Below, piece by piece: positions 1 through 11,866 of a stretch of 64,000 nt of DNA (the first letter of the stretch is position 1; each line of letters begins with the position of its first letter). The translations under genes and the position numbers were made by a program. Under the pieces are notes generated by a model. The model saw only the letters and a list, made by a program, of their open reading frames with translations, did no database searches and was not told the origin of the DNA. The stretch lies in assembly GCA_965112155.1 (NCBI GenBank), contig OZ218107.1; one strand, written 5' to 3'. Origin of the DNA: Podarcis liolepis (taxonomy: Eukaryota).

Positions 1-1195
1 TTCTTTGTAAATAATTAGATATCTTGACATTTTAGGTACTTTTCTATGGAGGCTACTGGGCATCAGATAAGAAACTGCTAGATAAACCCTGACTCTTAAC
101 TCTAGGATCTGAACAAAATAAGTCTTGGCTGCCCCACTACGAGTGTGGTTTTTTTAAAAGCCACAACAGGGGATTTTAAACATTTAAATGATTTGGGGTA
201 CTTGACCATTGTAAGTTGTGACAGCTTGCATTTCCAAAAATAAATGGACATTTCTGGAAATGCAAGCCATCAAAACATAAAAAGTTCCCCAAATCATTTA
301 CATTAAACAAAAATCCAGTTTTACACATGGGGTGTCTTGTTTGCTTTTGCAACGACCATTGGCTAAAACCAATGCAACTTTGACTTTGCCCCCCTCCCCT
401 GGGCTGTGAGCCTCCAGACTTCAACCCTAAAGTACACGCTCAAACTCTGCCACCACTTGTCCTATATCAGGTTGGATTCAGCTGGGCTTGCACAAAGAGT
501 ACATGAGAAGTTGTCACATGAAACTTTGGTCTGTGAAGAGCTTCACCTGTGGATCAAAGGCACAGTTCAAAAGTTGCCTCTAATTTCTCCAGGCTTCGCT
601 TATTCTGTTTCATGATGGAAACAAAATCTAAAGAAAGCTGCAGATTTCAGCTAGGAATTGAGGGGGCAACTTAACCATATGATCTTTAGCTGTTAATTTA
701 AAGCTGGACTCTGCGTCTATTACCCTCTCCTTATTTCAGCTTGACCCATTCCTCACTTCCTCCTGATTCCCTAGTGGAATTTATGGTTTAACCACAAAAC
801 TTTAAATGACCTAGTGTTTCAGATAGTACTGCTTCCTTTCTTACTCTTAGCCAGAAAAGATAATAGTGATTTTCTTTGAAGGCCAGCAATTCACTCAGCC
901 AGACTTTTCCTTAATTATGGTATATGATGCACATTCCCACTCTCAAATACAATGTTTCTTCACATCCTTGCACCTTATGCAGTCACCTCCTCATGCGAAA
1001 ACAGTGGCTGTAAACAAACTAGCCATGCATGTTGGCAGCAGTGTTTCAGATAGTGTTCTTAGGTTTCCTCCCCTGAAGCTGCAATAAGAAATTAAAAACA
1101 TGACCTGTACTATTGTGCCCCTAGTGGAGAGGAGGATTCAATGCATAAGGGGGGAACCTAGTAGACAAACCATCACTCTGAATGACTGTTTACAG

Positions 1196-1329
1196 CAGGC
1201 TTCCTCAAACTCGGCCCTCCAGATATTTTGAGACTACAATTCCCATCATCCCTGACCACTGGTCCTGCTAGCTAAGGATCATGGGAGTTGTAGGCCAAAA
1301 ACATGGAGGGCAGAGTTTGAGGAAGCCTC
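1196..1329. mobile_element. Palindromic hAT MITE
   Basis: Near-complete inverted symmetry (actacaattcccatcatccc / gatcatgggagttgtag) and 8-bp TSD gtttacag/gtttatag. Confidence 0.88.
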
Positions 1330-4300
1330 GTTTATAGGATTTTAGTATAGGATATAGTATATGACAGTATATGCAGAAGGTCCCAGGTCCTATCTGCAGC
1401 ATCTCCAGGAAGGTCTGGGAGAGACCCCAGTCTGAAATCATGGAAATCTGCCCCCATTCAGTGTAGCCAATACTGAGCTATGTGGACCAGCAGTCTGACT
1501 CAGTATAAGGCAGCTTTCTGTGTTCCTTCCTAAATGTTTGAAAACTGGATGAGAAAATATGTAGAAAGATTATGGGGGAAGACTTAAGTCATTAACATTA
1601 TGGTGTCTTTAAATTCTTACGGATTTTTGAATGTTCAAATATTTAGAATTTTCAAGGCACTGATATTTCCCAGCTACAGTTGTAGAATAAGCATTTAATC
1701 TTTACCAGCTGCAGTTTGGCATCTACTGTGTCCATAAAAACCAGTGTAAACTACGTTAAACATAGGCAATAAAGTGAAATTGCCATAGATTATGAAATAT
1801 TTCTGAAGTTGACCTCAGTGTTGAACTAGCGTGACTCTTACAGTGACACAATATTACCATCAAAATCCTTTATTATCTTTCTCTTTCTCTTTCCCTTTCC
1901 TGTTAGATAAGTGTCATTATAACTTCATTTTTATGTTGGGTACTGTAAAGCGGTGGTTCCCAACTGTTTTTTATATGGTGAATGACGGCACTTTTTTCAC
2001 TCGGGAGTGTGCTGGAGCATAGTTCCGAATAACAACTCTTAGCCCTGAGTCTTGGTACGAACCAATTCCCAAAACAAGAACCCTTCTCCTCTTCCTTCCC
2101 CCTCTCACACACACCCAACCCTGACATGGCCATGCCATTGCTCCTCCCCATGCGCTATGCTGGGCAAAGCAATGGATGCACATGTTACCTTTGTGCAAAA
2201 GATTAGTTGTACATCTTTCTTTTTTCCATCTAGGCATGATAGAGGCATTTTTAGAGTTCAAGGCTACATTCAAGCCAGCCAAAGGCACTTAAGGAGAGTA
2301 CGAAGCAGAACCAATGAGGGATATGGCCTGGGGAGTGCAGGAGTAGTAGTGGCCTCTTGAGAGTCCAAAGAGGCAAACATAGTTGCTTGGAGGGCCACAT
2401 TTTGTCTCCGGGCTTCGATTCCTCACCCCTGATCTAAGCACATAGAAGGAATAAGCAGAACGCTCCATCTGTGCAAAATTAACCACCAATACCTGCAATT
2501 ATCTCATCCCCTTCTGCAACAACTGCCCATTCAAGAGCAAAGGAGCAGCCCTCTACTGCTGCTGAAAGGATCATTGAGGACAGAGGCATTAACAGCCATT
2601 AAATGTTCATGGCTTGTAGTTGATCATAATGATCTACATGTGATTTGCATGCTTTCTCTTACACAGAAGTACTATTGATGTAGGGAAAACATCATATTAG
2701 AAATGGTTGAAGTTCCATAGTTCTTGTGGTGTGGTGTGTGTCCTCAGTGCCCCAGTTTATTCTCTCCCACTTACATAGTCTCCCTCCCTGCAGTTATCAA
2801 CCATGCTTTGTTTTGTTATTCCATCAGAGCCTGCGATGATGATGGTTTGTTATATTTATATCCCAACTTTTCCTCCAAGGACCTTGAGATAAAGCTCATC
2901 CACACTTTTGTCTCATGATTTCTTCTGCTTCTCCAATAATTTCTAGGCATGGGTTGAAGAGGTTTTTCTTTTGTCCCACTGCTTTCCCCTGGAAAGCCCA
3001 CTGTTTACTGCTGAATCAGAACAAACATCAATCTGCAGATGGGGGGAGGGTGTCTTCAGCATAATTTTTAGCACTTTGGGTGGGAATGAGGAACAGGGAC
3101 TTTTTTGTGGTGGTGCCAAGGCAATGAAACACTCTGCATAACAAAGGAAACTTGGTTGACTCTACTATTGCTCACCAAAGATCCATATTTTCCAGCAGCC
3201 ATTGTCCTGTGTGGGTTTTTACTAGAGATTTCTCATTGTTACTGTTTTCCCCAATAGCGTTTGACTTGTTGATTTTAATACATTGGTTTCTTTTGATGTA
3301 TGATAACAATATCTTGTTTCTCTATGGCTGTATTTGCATGTCATGGTAAACTATGATTAATGGCTTATGAAACGGCCGATAATTACCTGCTTGTGGATAA
3401 CTCCTTGCAGATTATTCCCATTCTCAAGTGGGAGCAACAAACCATGATCCTTGCTTAATGTTCTGTTTGCACTGGGGATCATGATTTGTTTCACCCCAAA
3501 CAAACCACAATCTGAAGCCAAGCTTTGTTCTTGGCTTATCAAACATGGTCTGTTTTGGCAAAACAAACTATGATCCCCAGTTTGGATGCAATGCTAATTC
3601 AAGGATTGTTGCTCCAGCTCGCTGGTGGGAAACCATGAAGCAGGAATTATCCATGTGTTCACAGTAAACCATTGCTTACTGCAAGAAGTCTATATATGTT
3701 TGCCACCTGGGATATAAAATATTGTGAGTAAAGTATCAGAAAAGCTGCAGCTCAGTCGAAGGATCACAGGCTCTGCATGCAAAGTTCCTAGGTTCAATTC
3801 CTGGCACCTTCAGGTAGGGCCCTTGTTTGGAATTATGGAAAACCAATGCGGGTCACTGTAGCTAATACTAAGTAGTGCAAACGTTGTGGTATGAGGCAGC
3901 TTCCTATGATCCTAAATAAGCAATATGCTACTCATGTAGAAGTATTGCCTTTTCACAAAAATGTCCCCATCAAGTAAAAGACAAGTACGGATGGAGGTGT
4001 CAACCTGAGAACATGCCTCCACTTCTAAAAAGTGGATGCAATCCCCAGAGATGTTCACCTGGTGCCTACCTTGATGTCATTTCAGTGCCTGACCACAACC
4101 ATTTCCCCAAGCTTTGGACTATCCTATTTTTAGTGGAGGAAGCTAGTGAATTAGTTTTGCTGTGCTTTCAGATAAGGCCTGCTGTTTTATCTGCTGTTGC
4201 TGCACTTGACATTTTGCTGGTGTGTTTTATGTTCATTTCACCCTGGAAACACTGTGTGTTGGAAGGTGTGGGGTTGTAAATTCAGGAAATGCAATGACTG

Positions 4301-5620
4301 AAAAGGACTGAAGTGGCAAAGGACGCTGCATCTCTCCTTGAGAGAACCCATGCTTTCCTTGCAAGTAGTCTTGGTATTTCCAATTAAAATAAGCTCAGGA
4401 AGCAAGGCTGGGGGAAAGACATCTGCTTTTGACTCTGAAAAGATCAATACTAGGCTAGGTGGACCAATGGTCTGACTCTGTCGGCTTGTTCAAATGTTGC
4501 ACTGAACACAACTGCAAGCTGTCTATACACATGGATGAGTGTTTGTGTGAAAGGAGGTCCAGCTCAACTAATTTGTACACAGGTACACAGATTGTACACA
4601 ACTTGAATATAATATGTAAGCATCCCTAGGAACATGGGAAGCTGCCTTATATTGAGTCAGACCATAGGTTCAGTTTAGCTCTGTATCGCCTAATCTGCAC
4701 TTCCAGGGTTTCAGACAGATCTTTGCAAGACTTACCTGGAGCTGCTGGAGAGTGAACCCAGGACCCTCTGCATGCACCGCAGGTGCTTTTCCAATGAGCA
4801 CCATCTCCAAGCTTCAAACACTCTGCTGTTGAGCCTCTGGGCCTGCTACTCTTTTCACCACCTGCTCTGGGGCAAAACTAAATCCCTGCTTCCTACTGCA
4901 GGTGGTGGAAGAGTGTTTTTTAAAGAGATACTTTAGCAGAGCTGCATTCTTGGCCATGACTTTCAGCTTGGCACCTGGGGACTCTAATTGCAAATTCCCA
5001 AACCAAATTTGGGTGTGTTGGAAATAGCCCCAAAGTATAATCATATGGACTGGAAAGGGCTTCATAAGCTACATGTGACTTTTTTTTTTCTTAGTCAACA
5101 AGGAGCGTGACAGAGTCTCAGTAACTGTGTCAACAGCCATACGTGATAGAAGCCATCTCCACACAAGGGGTCTGTAACAGCCGGTGGCATTTAGGATGTG
5201 TGCCGAAAACTGTCATGGTCTGTGCCTTGAGCCTCTTGGTACATTGTGTGCACAACGGCATCGCAGCGCAAGTGACCTCACAGGGCTCAGCTGGGCCCAG
5301 AAGCTAAGGAGACATGTAGTCATGGCTATGATGACAGGAGGGCCATTCAGCATCTTAAGAGACAATAAAGGATCCGTGTGCCCACTTTTTCCACCACCAC
5401 CACCCCTTCTCCTCTCCTCCTCCCCCTGCCCTCAAAAGCTGAAGCCCAGGCCAGAGTCCCACATCATGCAGATGAATAGCAGGTCTGTTCCAGCAGCTGT
5501 GCTTTCCCTCCCACCCAGCAAAGGCACTGGGAGACTCCAGAAAGCTGCAGAGACTTGGTCTCTTGTCCGGGCTGAGAGGATTGAAAAGAAAACCTGGGAA
5601 GAAAAAAAGAAAAAAAAGAG

Positions 5621-5653
5621 ATGGGATCGGAAGGAGAAATGATCAACCTTCAT
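5621..5653 (+). CDS. NINJ2: Ninjurin-2 coding exon 1 (MGSEGEMINLH), phase 0
   Basis: ATG at 5621, 11 codons, then donor CAT|GTGAGT at 5654. Same length as, and similar to, the 11-aa mammalian NINJ2 exon 1 peptide (MESARENIDLQ, from memory). Phase matches exon 2. In-frame TGA upstream at 5582. Confidence 0.85.
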
Positions 5654-6532
5654 GTGAGTCCATTTTGGGCATATCAAGGAGGGGTTGGGGGCTGGTGAGT
5701 GAGGCCTAATGCTTGTCAGTCACTTCTTTGTCTCTTTTTTATTTCACCCTCTGCCTTTCTTTGAAGTCTCTTTCTGGATATATCTCCTCTCACTTCCTTC
5801 ATGCTCTCTGTCACTTTCTGGGCTGTTCACAGGAGCCAGATCCCAACAGGGCCCATCAAAGGACTGATAAGCTTTTCTGATAAGGAGGAGAGTCCCAGAC
5901 AAGGAGAGCGGCTTAGAAAGAGCTTTTCTTGAGAGAGGCAAGCGTGCCTGTTTGACAAGCTGGGGAAAGTTATTCCATCTCTCTCTGTCCTTCCTCACAG
6001 AGCCCTTCTGTGCTTGATTAGAAAATGTTCCCAACCCGAGGCATGAGGGGAAAAAGAAATAAACACTGCAACACCGAAGCGAGTCAGCCCTGGACCCAAA
6101 TTCCTACCTGGGGTTCCTAGAGAAACAAAACCTCTTGATCCAGCCCTCTCAGGCTCCTCTTTTTCTGCTCCTCAGAGTTTGTTTGCTGAGGAGAGGCGCT
6201 TCCTAGAACTCGGGTGTCTCTTGAAAGGGCTGCTTATTGCAGATGGATTGCATTTTATTTAAAATAAACCCCGCCAAAGCAAAGGAGAGAGTTGAGTTTT
6301 AAGAGTTTTTAAAGTTTAAAGTTGACCACATAGCAAGACTTAACAGATGTTGAGGTATTTTATATCTTGTTTATTTATTTGCCATAGTTATAACCCACTC
6401 TTCCTTGTTAATGCAATCCCAGAACGAGAAAGGACACTAAGGGAGCACAAGGAAATAATATTTTGTTTTAATGCAACTTAATGTAAAAAGAGACAGGGAT
6501 AAATAATCTGACCAAACCCAAAGAGTACTCAT

Positions 6533-7127
6533 TAATGGTTCCTCATCATCCTGGAAAAACGTGGCCAGTTTTTCAGGGCCCATCGTTCAAAATCTTTGTA
6601 AACAACTTGGATGAAGGGATTGAGGGGGTGCACATCAAATTTGCAGATGATTCCAAACTGGGAGGGGTAGCTAAGGCTGCAGAAGACAGAATCAGATTTC
6701 AACATGACTTTAACGAGCTGGGCCCAAGATAACAAAGACAGAAATCTAAAGTTCTGCACTTAAGCAGGAAGAACAAGATGCACAAATATAGGATGGGGGA
6801 CACCTGGCTTACTAGCAGTACATGTGAAAAGGATCTAGTAGTCTTGGTGGACTGCAAGTTGAACATGAGTCAACTATGTGACGCAGCAGCAAAAAAAGCT
6901 AATGCTCTTCTAGGCTGCATCAATGGAAGTCTAGTGTCCAGTTCAAGGGAAGTAATAGTACCACTCTATTCTGCCTTGGTTCGACCACATCTGGAATACT
7001 GTGTCCAATTCTGGGCACCACAATTTAAGAAGGATGTTGACAAGCTAGAACGTGTTCAGAGGAGGGTAACCAAGATGACAAAGGGTCTGGAAACCAAGCC
7101 TTGTGAGGAATGGTTGAAGGAGCTAGA
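6533..7127 (+). mobile_element. CR1 LINE ORF2 (RT C-terminal) fragment
   Basis: NNLDEGIEG..IKFADDSKLGG and EKDLVVLVD..LYSALVRPHLEYCVQFWAPQFKKDVDKLERVQRR, disrupted by stops and frameshifts. Confidence 0.95.
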
Positions 7128-8319
7128 GCCAGCAAATCATTGAAGCCCCTATCAGAACATCTAAATCAGAGATTGCCAACATGGTGCCCTCCAGATGTTT
7201 TGGACTACAACTCCCATTATCGCTCAGCGTTACCAATTATGAGGGACTATTGTAGTTGTAGTCTACATCTGGAGGGAACTGTGTTGGTTACCCCTGATCT
7301 ACTAAGGCATTTTGTTGGTCACTGTGGGAAATAGGATGCTAGACTAGATAAGGCTTTAATTTAATCCAGCATGGTTTTTATGTTCACCCCTCTTGCCTCC
7401 TTCGAAGCCCACCTTTTCTTGTGAAGTCCTTTATTAATTTCCCTGTCCTAGTCTTTCTAGCCATGCATACTGATAACATTGTTTCAGCAACCTCCTATAA
7501 TTGGCAGTGCATGAAAATATCTGACTTGCTAGCATGCCAAAAGATGGGAACTTTCAAAATATTTGTTGTGGATTCCTAAAACTGTTTGTATTATAGCATT
7601 CTAGTACCAGAAATGAGGGGAGATGTTGCACCAGGGATGGTGACTCTCGGTTTCAGTTTCTCTCACGTCTGCATTTTCCCAATTCAGTTATCCATATTTT
7701 AACATAGTCTGCAATTTTTTAAAAAATTATTATGTAAATTATCAATATTTCAGTGCAACTATATTCTAATATACTTTTTTTAATGATGTTTTCATTAATA
7801 TGCACATTTTATTCTTGTGTGTGCATTTTTGTCCACGTTACATGGTTGGGGAATTGCATTGCCAAATTTGGAGAAGTGTGACTTTAAAAGATGGCTGTGT
7901 TCACGTATTGTTTCGAAAAGCATGAACTGAATCAAAGGTGGTCAGGAAAACACCTGCACTGTGTGATTTACTATGGAAACTACAAATACTTTTTAAATAA
8001 GCCTTTAAAATAAACTTGGGCAGCAGCCTAGGCATTCTCCTGGTCGGCTCCCACAGAATACCTGTCTCTGAAGAAGGACCCCTCTTTGATTCCTTCTCAG
8101 AGACCAGATGTGGAAGAGGTGGCAGAGAAGCAGCTGCTGCTGTCACTGTTGCAATGACAATAAAGCTGTTTGTTTTTCAAAGTAACGGTGGCAGGGACAG
8201 AGAAGTGGGAATAAGGGGCACTGTCACTGCAAAGAGGACAATTGTGGGGACACCTCATCAACTGGATCATTCTGGGGAACCCCTGTAATCTGGTGCTGGA
8301 CCTGAATAGATCTGAGTTA

Positions 8320-9414
8320 CCGTATTTTTCGCTCTATAACACGCACCTGACCATAACACGCACATCGTTTTTAGAGGAGGAAAACAAGGGAAAAAATATT
8401 CTGAATGAAACAGTGGACGTATCATTTTTGTGATTCATGCTGTGGCCACAGACATGTGATCTGATGGTGAATTTGGGGTGACCCAATGCAAAAATCCTGA
8501 GAATCCCTGTGGATCCATGCTTTGTAACCACGTTTTTGCACCATTGCAGCCCCAGGCAACAGTGGGTGCGTGATTTTGGGGGGGGGGCAGGCTGTAGCCA
8601 TGGACATGCTATGTGCTCTGGTGGTGAATTTGGGGTGACCCAATGCAAAAATCCTGAGAATCCCTGTGGATCCATGCTTTGTAACCACGTTTTTGCACCA
8701 TTGCAGCCCCAGGCAACAGTGGGTGCGTGATTTTTTTGGGGGGGGACAGGCTGTAGCCATGGACATGCTGTGTGCTCTGATGGTGAATTTGGGGTGACCC
8801 AATGCAAAGATCCTGAGGATCCATGTGGATCCATGCTTTGTAACCACATTTTAAGTGGGGAGGGAAGGAAAAACACAGAAGGCTAAGAATGCAGGAGAGG
8901 GCTATAACGTGAGGAAAGGAAGGCAAAAGTTTCCCCCCACCCACCCACACAAGCCAGCCACTGTTTAAGGATTTCATCCTTTTAAATGGAAGAAAGCATA
9001 TTTGAATGCTGTGTGTCTCCAAAAACAAAAAGCAGGAAGTCAAATCAGAATTTTAAGCCGAACCTGTAATCTCTCTTCCCTTCACAAACATTGTTCCCTC
9101 CGGAGCAGGGACAGGATAGAGCGACGCTCTGCTTTCCTCTCTACTTGCCTGGAGGGGAGGGGCTTTCCCTGCTCTTTGTTCCGTTTGAGCAAACACAGCA
9201 ACGAAACAGAGCAGGGTGGGCAGTAAGACCCTGAGGCAGAATGCAGGGAAGCTGCCACTTCCTCTCTTCAGGCTTCCCTTCTCCCTGAAGCGCGGTTTGA
9301 TTTTTGCCTTATTTTTCGGCTACAGGGACCACACATTCGCTGCATAACACGCACAGACATTTCCCCTTCCTTTTTAGGAGAAAAAATCTGCGTGTTATAG
9401 AGCGAAAAATACGG
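8320..9414. mobile_element. Non-autonomous Tc1/mariner-pogo (Tc2-like) DNA transposon
   Basis: Perfect 26-bp TIRs CCGTATTTTTCGCTCTATAACACGCA, TA on both sides, subterminal ATAACACGCAC repeats. Confidence 0.92.
8461..8851. repeat. ~158-bp tandem repeat, about 2.5 copies, inside the transposon
   Basis: Units start at 8461, 8618 and 8777 and are near-identical. Confidence 0.95.
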
Positions 9415-11141
9415 TAATTCACTTTGGCTTTAAGCAGATCTGACTGTCTTCTGTTGGACAATACCCCCTTTCTGCCATAAGGCAGAAAGGATGGTTCCAA
9501 AAATTGGTGCTCAGTACTTCTTGGGGCATGAAAGAGAGCTCAGACCCAGAAACCTGCTGAATACCCTCATGTGAAGGAATATAAGAAGAGCCTGCTGGAT
9601 CAGACCACTGGCCCCTCTAGTCCAGCATCCTGTTCTCACAGTGGCTAATCAGATGCCTGCAGGAAACCCAACAGCAGGATTTGAGCACAAGAGCACTCTC
9701 CCCTCCTGTGGTTTACAGCAACTGGTATTTTGAAGCATTGCTGCCTCCAAGGAAGCCTGAATTGGAATTGAGAGAAGCTGTGAGTCAGAAAATGTTGTGA
9801 GGAAACAGAGCTGAGAAGTAGAAACTGGAGGAAGGCCCAGGCCAACCCCCAATGTCTCAACCACCTCCTTCAACAACTTAAAAGCCAGCATTTAGAGGCT
9901 TGCCACCTCTCCCTAAGGGAGAGAACGAAGAAAAGAGCCATTGCTTATTTCCCTGCAAATAAACGCAGAAAAGTGACTCTTTCAGGCAAAGTGTAGCTAG
10001 CAGTCTTGCCCACGCATGTTTGTCTGTGTAATGCAGAGGTAGAGGCTCTTTTGGGGTGGCCAAGGGCTGCATTACTGGGGTGGAAAGCTATGGGGGGGCT
10101 GCATTCCAAGAGTGGGTTGGTCTGGACTAAAAGTGGGTGGGGCTCAGCATATGCACACACTTAACAAAGGCACACACACACTTAGCACACAGACACACTT
10201 GACACACACACTTAATAAAGACTGTTTCCTGTCCTCTATTTCTCCTCCGCCTTCTCACTCTTATTCTCTCACTGAATTGCATCTCTGTGCACTGAGAAGC
10301 TCCTGCCTCTCAGTGTACAGAGAGGAAATGCTGCAAACTGTTCTTACTGGATCACCAACTCCCTGCTTTCTATCACCGGGTGCTGAGAAAGGACTCCGCT
10401 TTTCCCAGTATTTGGAAAGAAATAAACAGTGAGCTGGCCAGACAGAGAACTAGCATGGGTGTGGCTTAACAGGAGAGGCCTGGCAAGCTGGATGGAGAAG
10501 TCTGGTAGTCCGGATCTGGCCCACAGGCCAGTCAAGCCAGTCATTCCCTCAGCCCTGATGTAATGTGGGGAAAATATAAAGACGGCTTTGTAAAAACAAA
10601 AACGAACGAATGAATGAAATGATCTGCCTTTCCATTTCTTCTGTTTAACCCAGGAGTGGGGAACACTTGACCCACAGTTGTAATTAGGGCCAGTATGGGC
10701 TCCAGTTTGGCCTGCAAGGCCATTTACTCAAACCACACCCACCTTCCCTATACCTAACATCAAACATGATGGAACTCATGTTTGATGTCATATGGAACTC
10801 AGTAGTGCAGCCAACCCCTGCTGAAAGCAGAGCTTGAAGTAAGCACCTTTCAGCTCTCCCTTTAACCCAACTAAGGACAGAGAAACACCTTTGCTTTTTG
10901 CACTTAGAAGGGCCAGCATCAGGAGCTGGTGTTATCGGGCACCTGCCAAGGCCCACACCCCTTCAAGGGGTCCACTGCCAACCCCTAGAGTTTCTTGGCC
11001 CTGCTGCAACTTCTCCTTATTGTACGTTCACCAATCCATAGCATAATTTTTATGTGATTTCATTTTTAAGCTATTTGAATGCTGTAAGTCACCTGCGGAA
11101 GAGTGAAAGTGCAGAAAGGCTGAATATAAATTGTACTACTA

Positions 11142-11482
11142 GGTAAAGGTAAAAAGGTAAAGGACCCCTGGACGGTTAAGTCCAGTCAAAGGCAACTATG
11201 GGGTTGCGGCGCTCATCTCGCCAGCATTTGTCCACAGACAGCTTTCCGGGTCATATGGCCAGCAGGACTAAACTGCTTCTGGCGCAACGGAACATTGTGA
11301 CAGAAACCAGAGCGCATGGAAATGTTTACCTTCCCACCGCAGCGGTACCTATTTATCTACCTGCACTAGTGTGCTTTTGAACTGCTAAGTTGACAGAAGC
11401 TGGGACAGAGCAATGGGTGCTCACCCCATCGCGGGGATTCAAACCGCCGACCTTCTGATCCACAAGCCGAAGAGGCTCAGTG
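11142..11482 (-). mobile_element. Sauria SINE (5'-truncated) with ~33-bp target-site duplication
   Basis: Sauria core (gcggtacctatttatctac, aactgctaagttg, ggggattcaaaccgccgacc) and (ACCTTT)n-type tail. Flanking direct repeats at 11109-11141 and 11483-11515. Confidence 0.9.
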
Positions 11483-11510
11483 GTGCAGAAAGGCTGGATA
11501 TAAATTGTAT

Positions 11511-11546
<36 letters not shown>

Positions 11547-11793
11547 TGCTAGTACAAATGACATTTATTGATCAAGTTTACAATGGATGCCAGTTACCTG
11601 ACATAAATGCAATCACACCAAAACCTCTAGCGTCTGTCTGAAATTTGAAATGACATTAATTGGAAGCATTTGTTCCTCTCCATGGCCAAAGCAGAAATGA
11701 AACCAACCCTGGATGTTTCTTCCTTTTATTGTTCTGTTTTGGTTGTTGTTGTTTTAGCTTGTGTGAAACAAATAGAGTGCTTTTGTTTGTGCA

Positions 11794-11815
11794 TTTATTT
11801 ATTTATTTATTTATT

Positions 11816-11865
<50 letters not shown>
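11794..11865. repeat. Compound microsatellite (TTTA)n(AGTA)n
   Basis: Read directly from sequence. Confidence 0.95.

Positions 11866-11866
<1 letters not shown>

Noticed and set aside
5184-5642. 152-aa ORF as an extended NINJ2 N-terminus
   Set aside because: Different frame from the NINJ2 ATG and stops before the donor; kept only as a possible uORF.
8461-8851. CRISPR-like repeat array
   Set aside because: Eukaryotic DNA; units are contiguous with no unique spacers and there are no cas genes.
8334-9043. Overlapping 141-180 aa ORFs with repeated peptides
   Set aside because: Artefact of the ~158-bp tandem repeat inside a non-autonomous transposon.
10328-10432. Alternative NINJ2 first coding exon
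   Set aside because: The candidate donor would be phase 2, incompatible with phase-0 exon 2.
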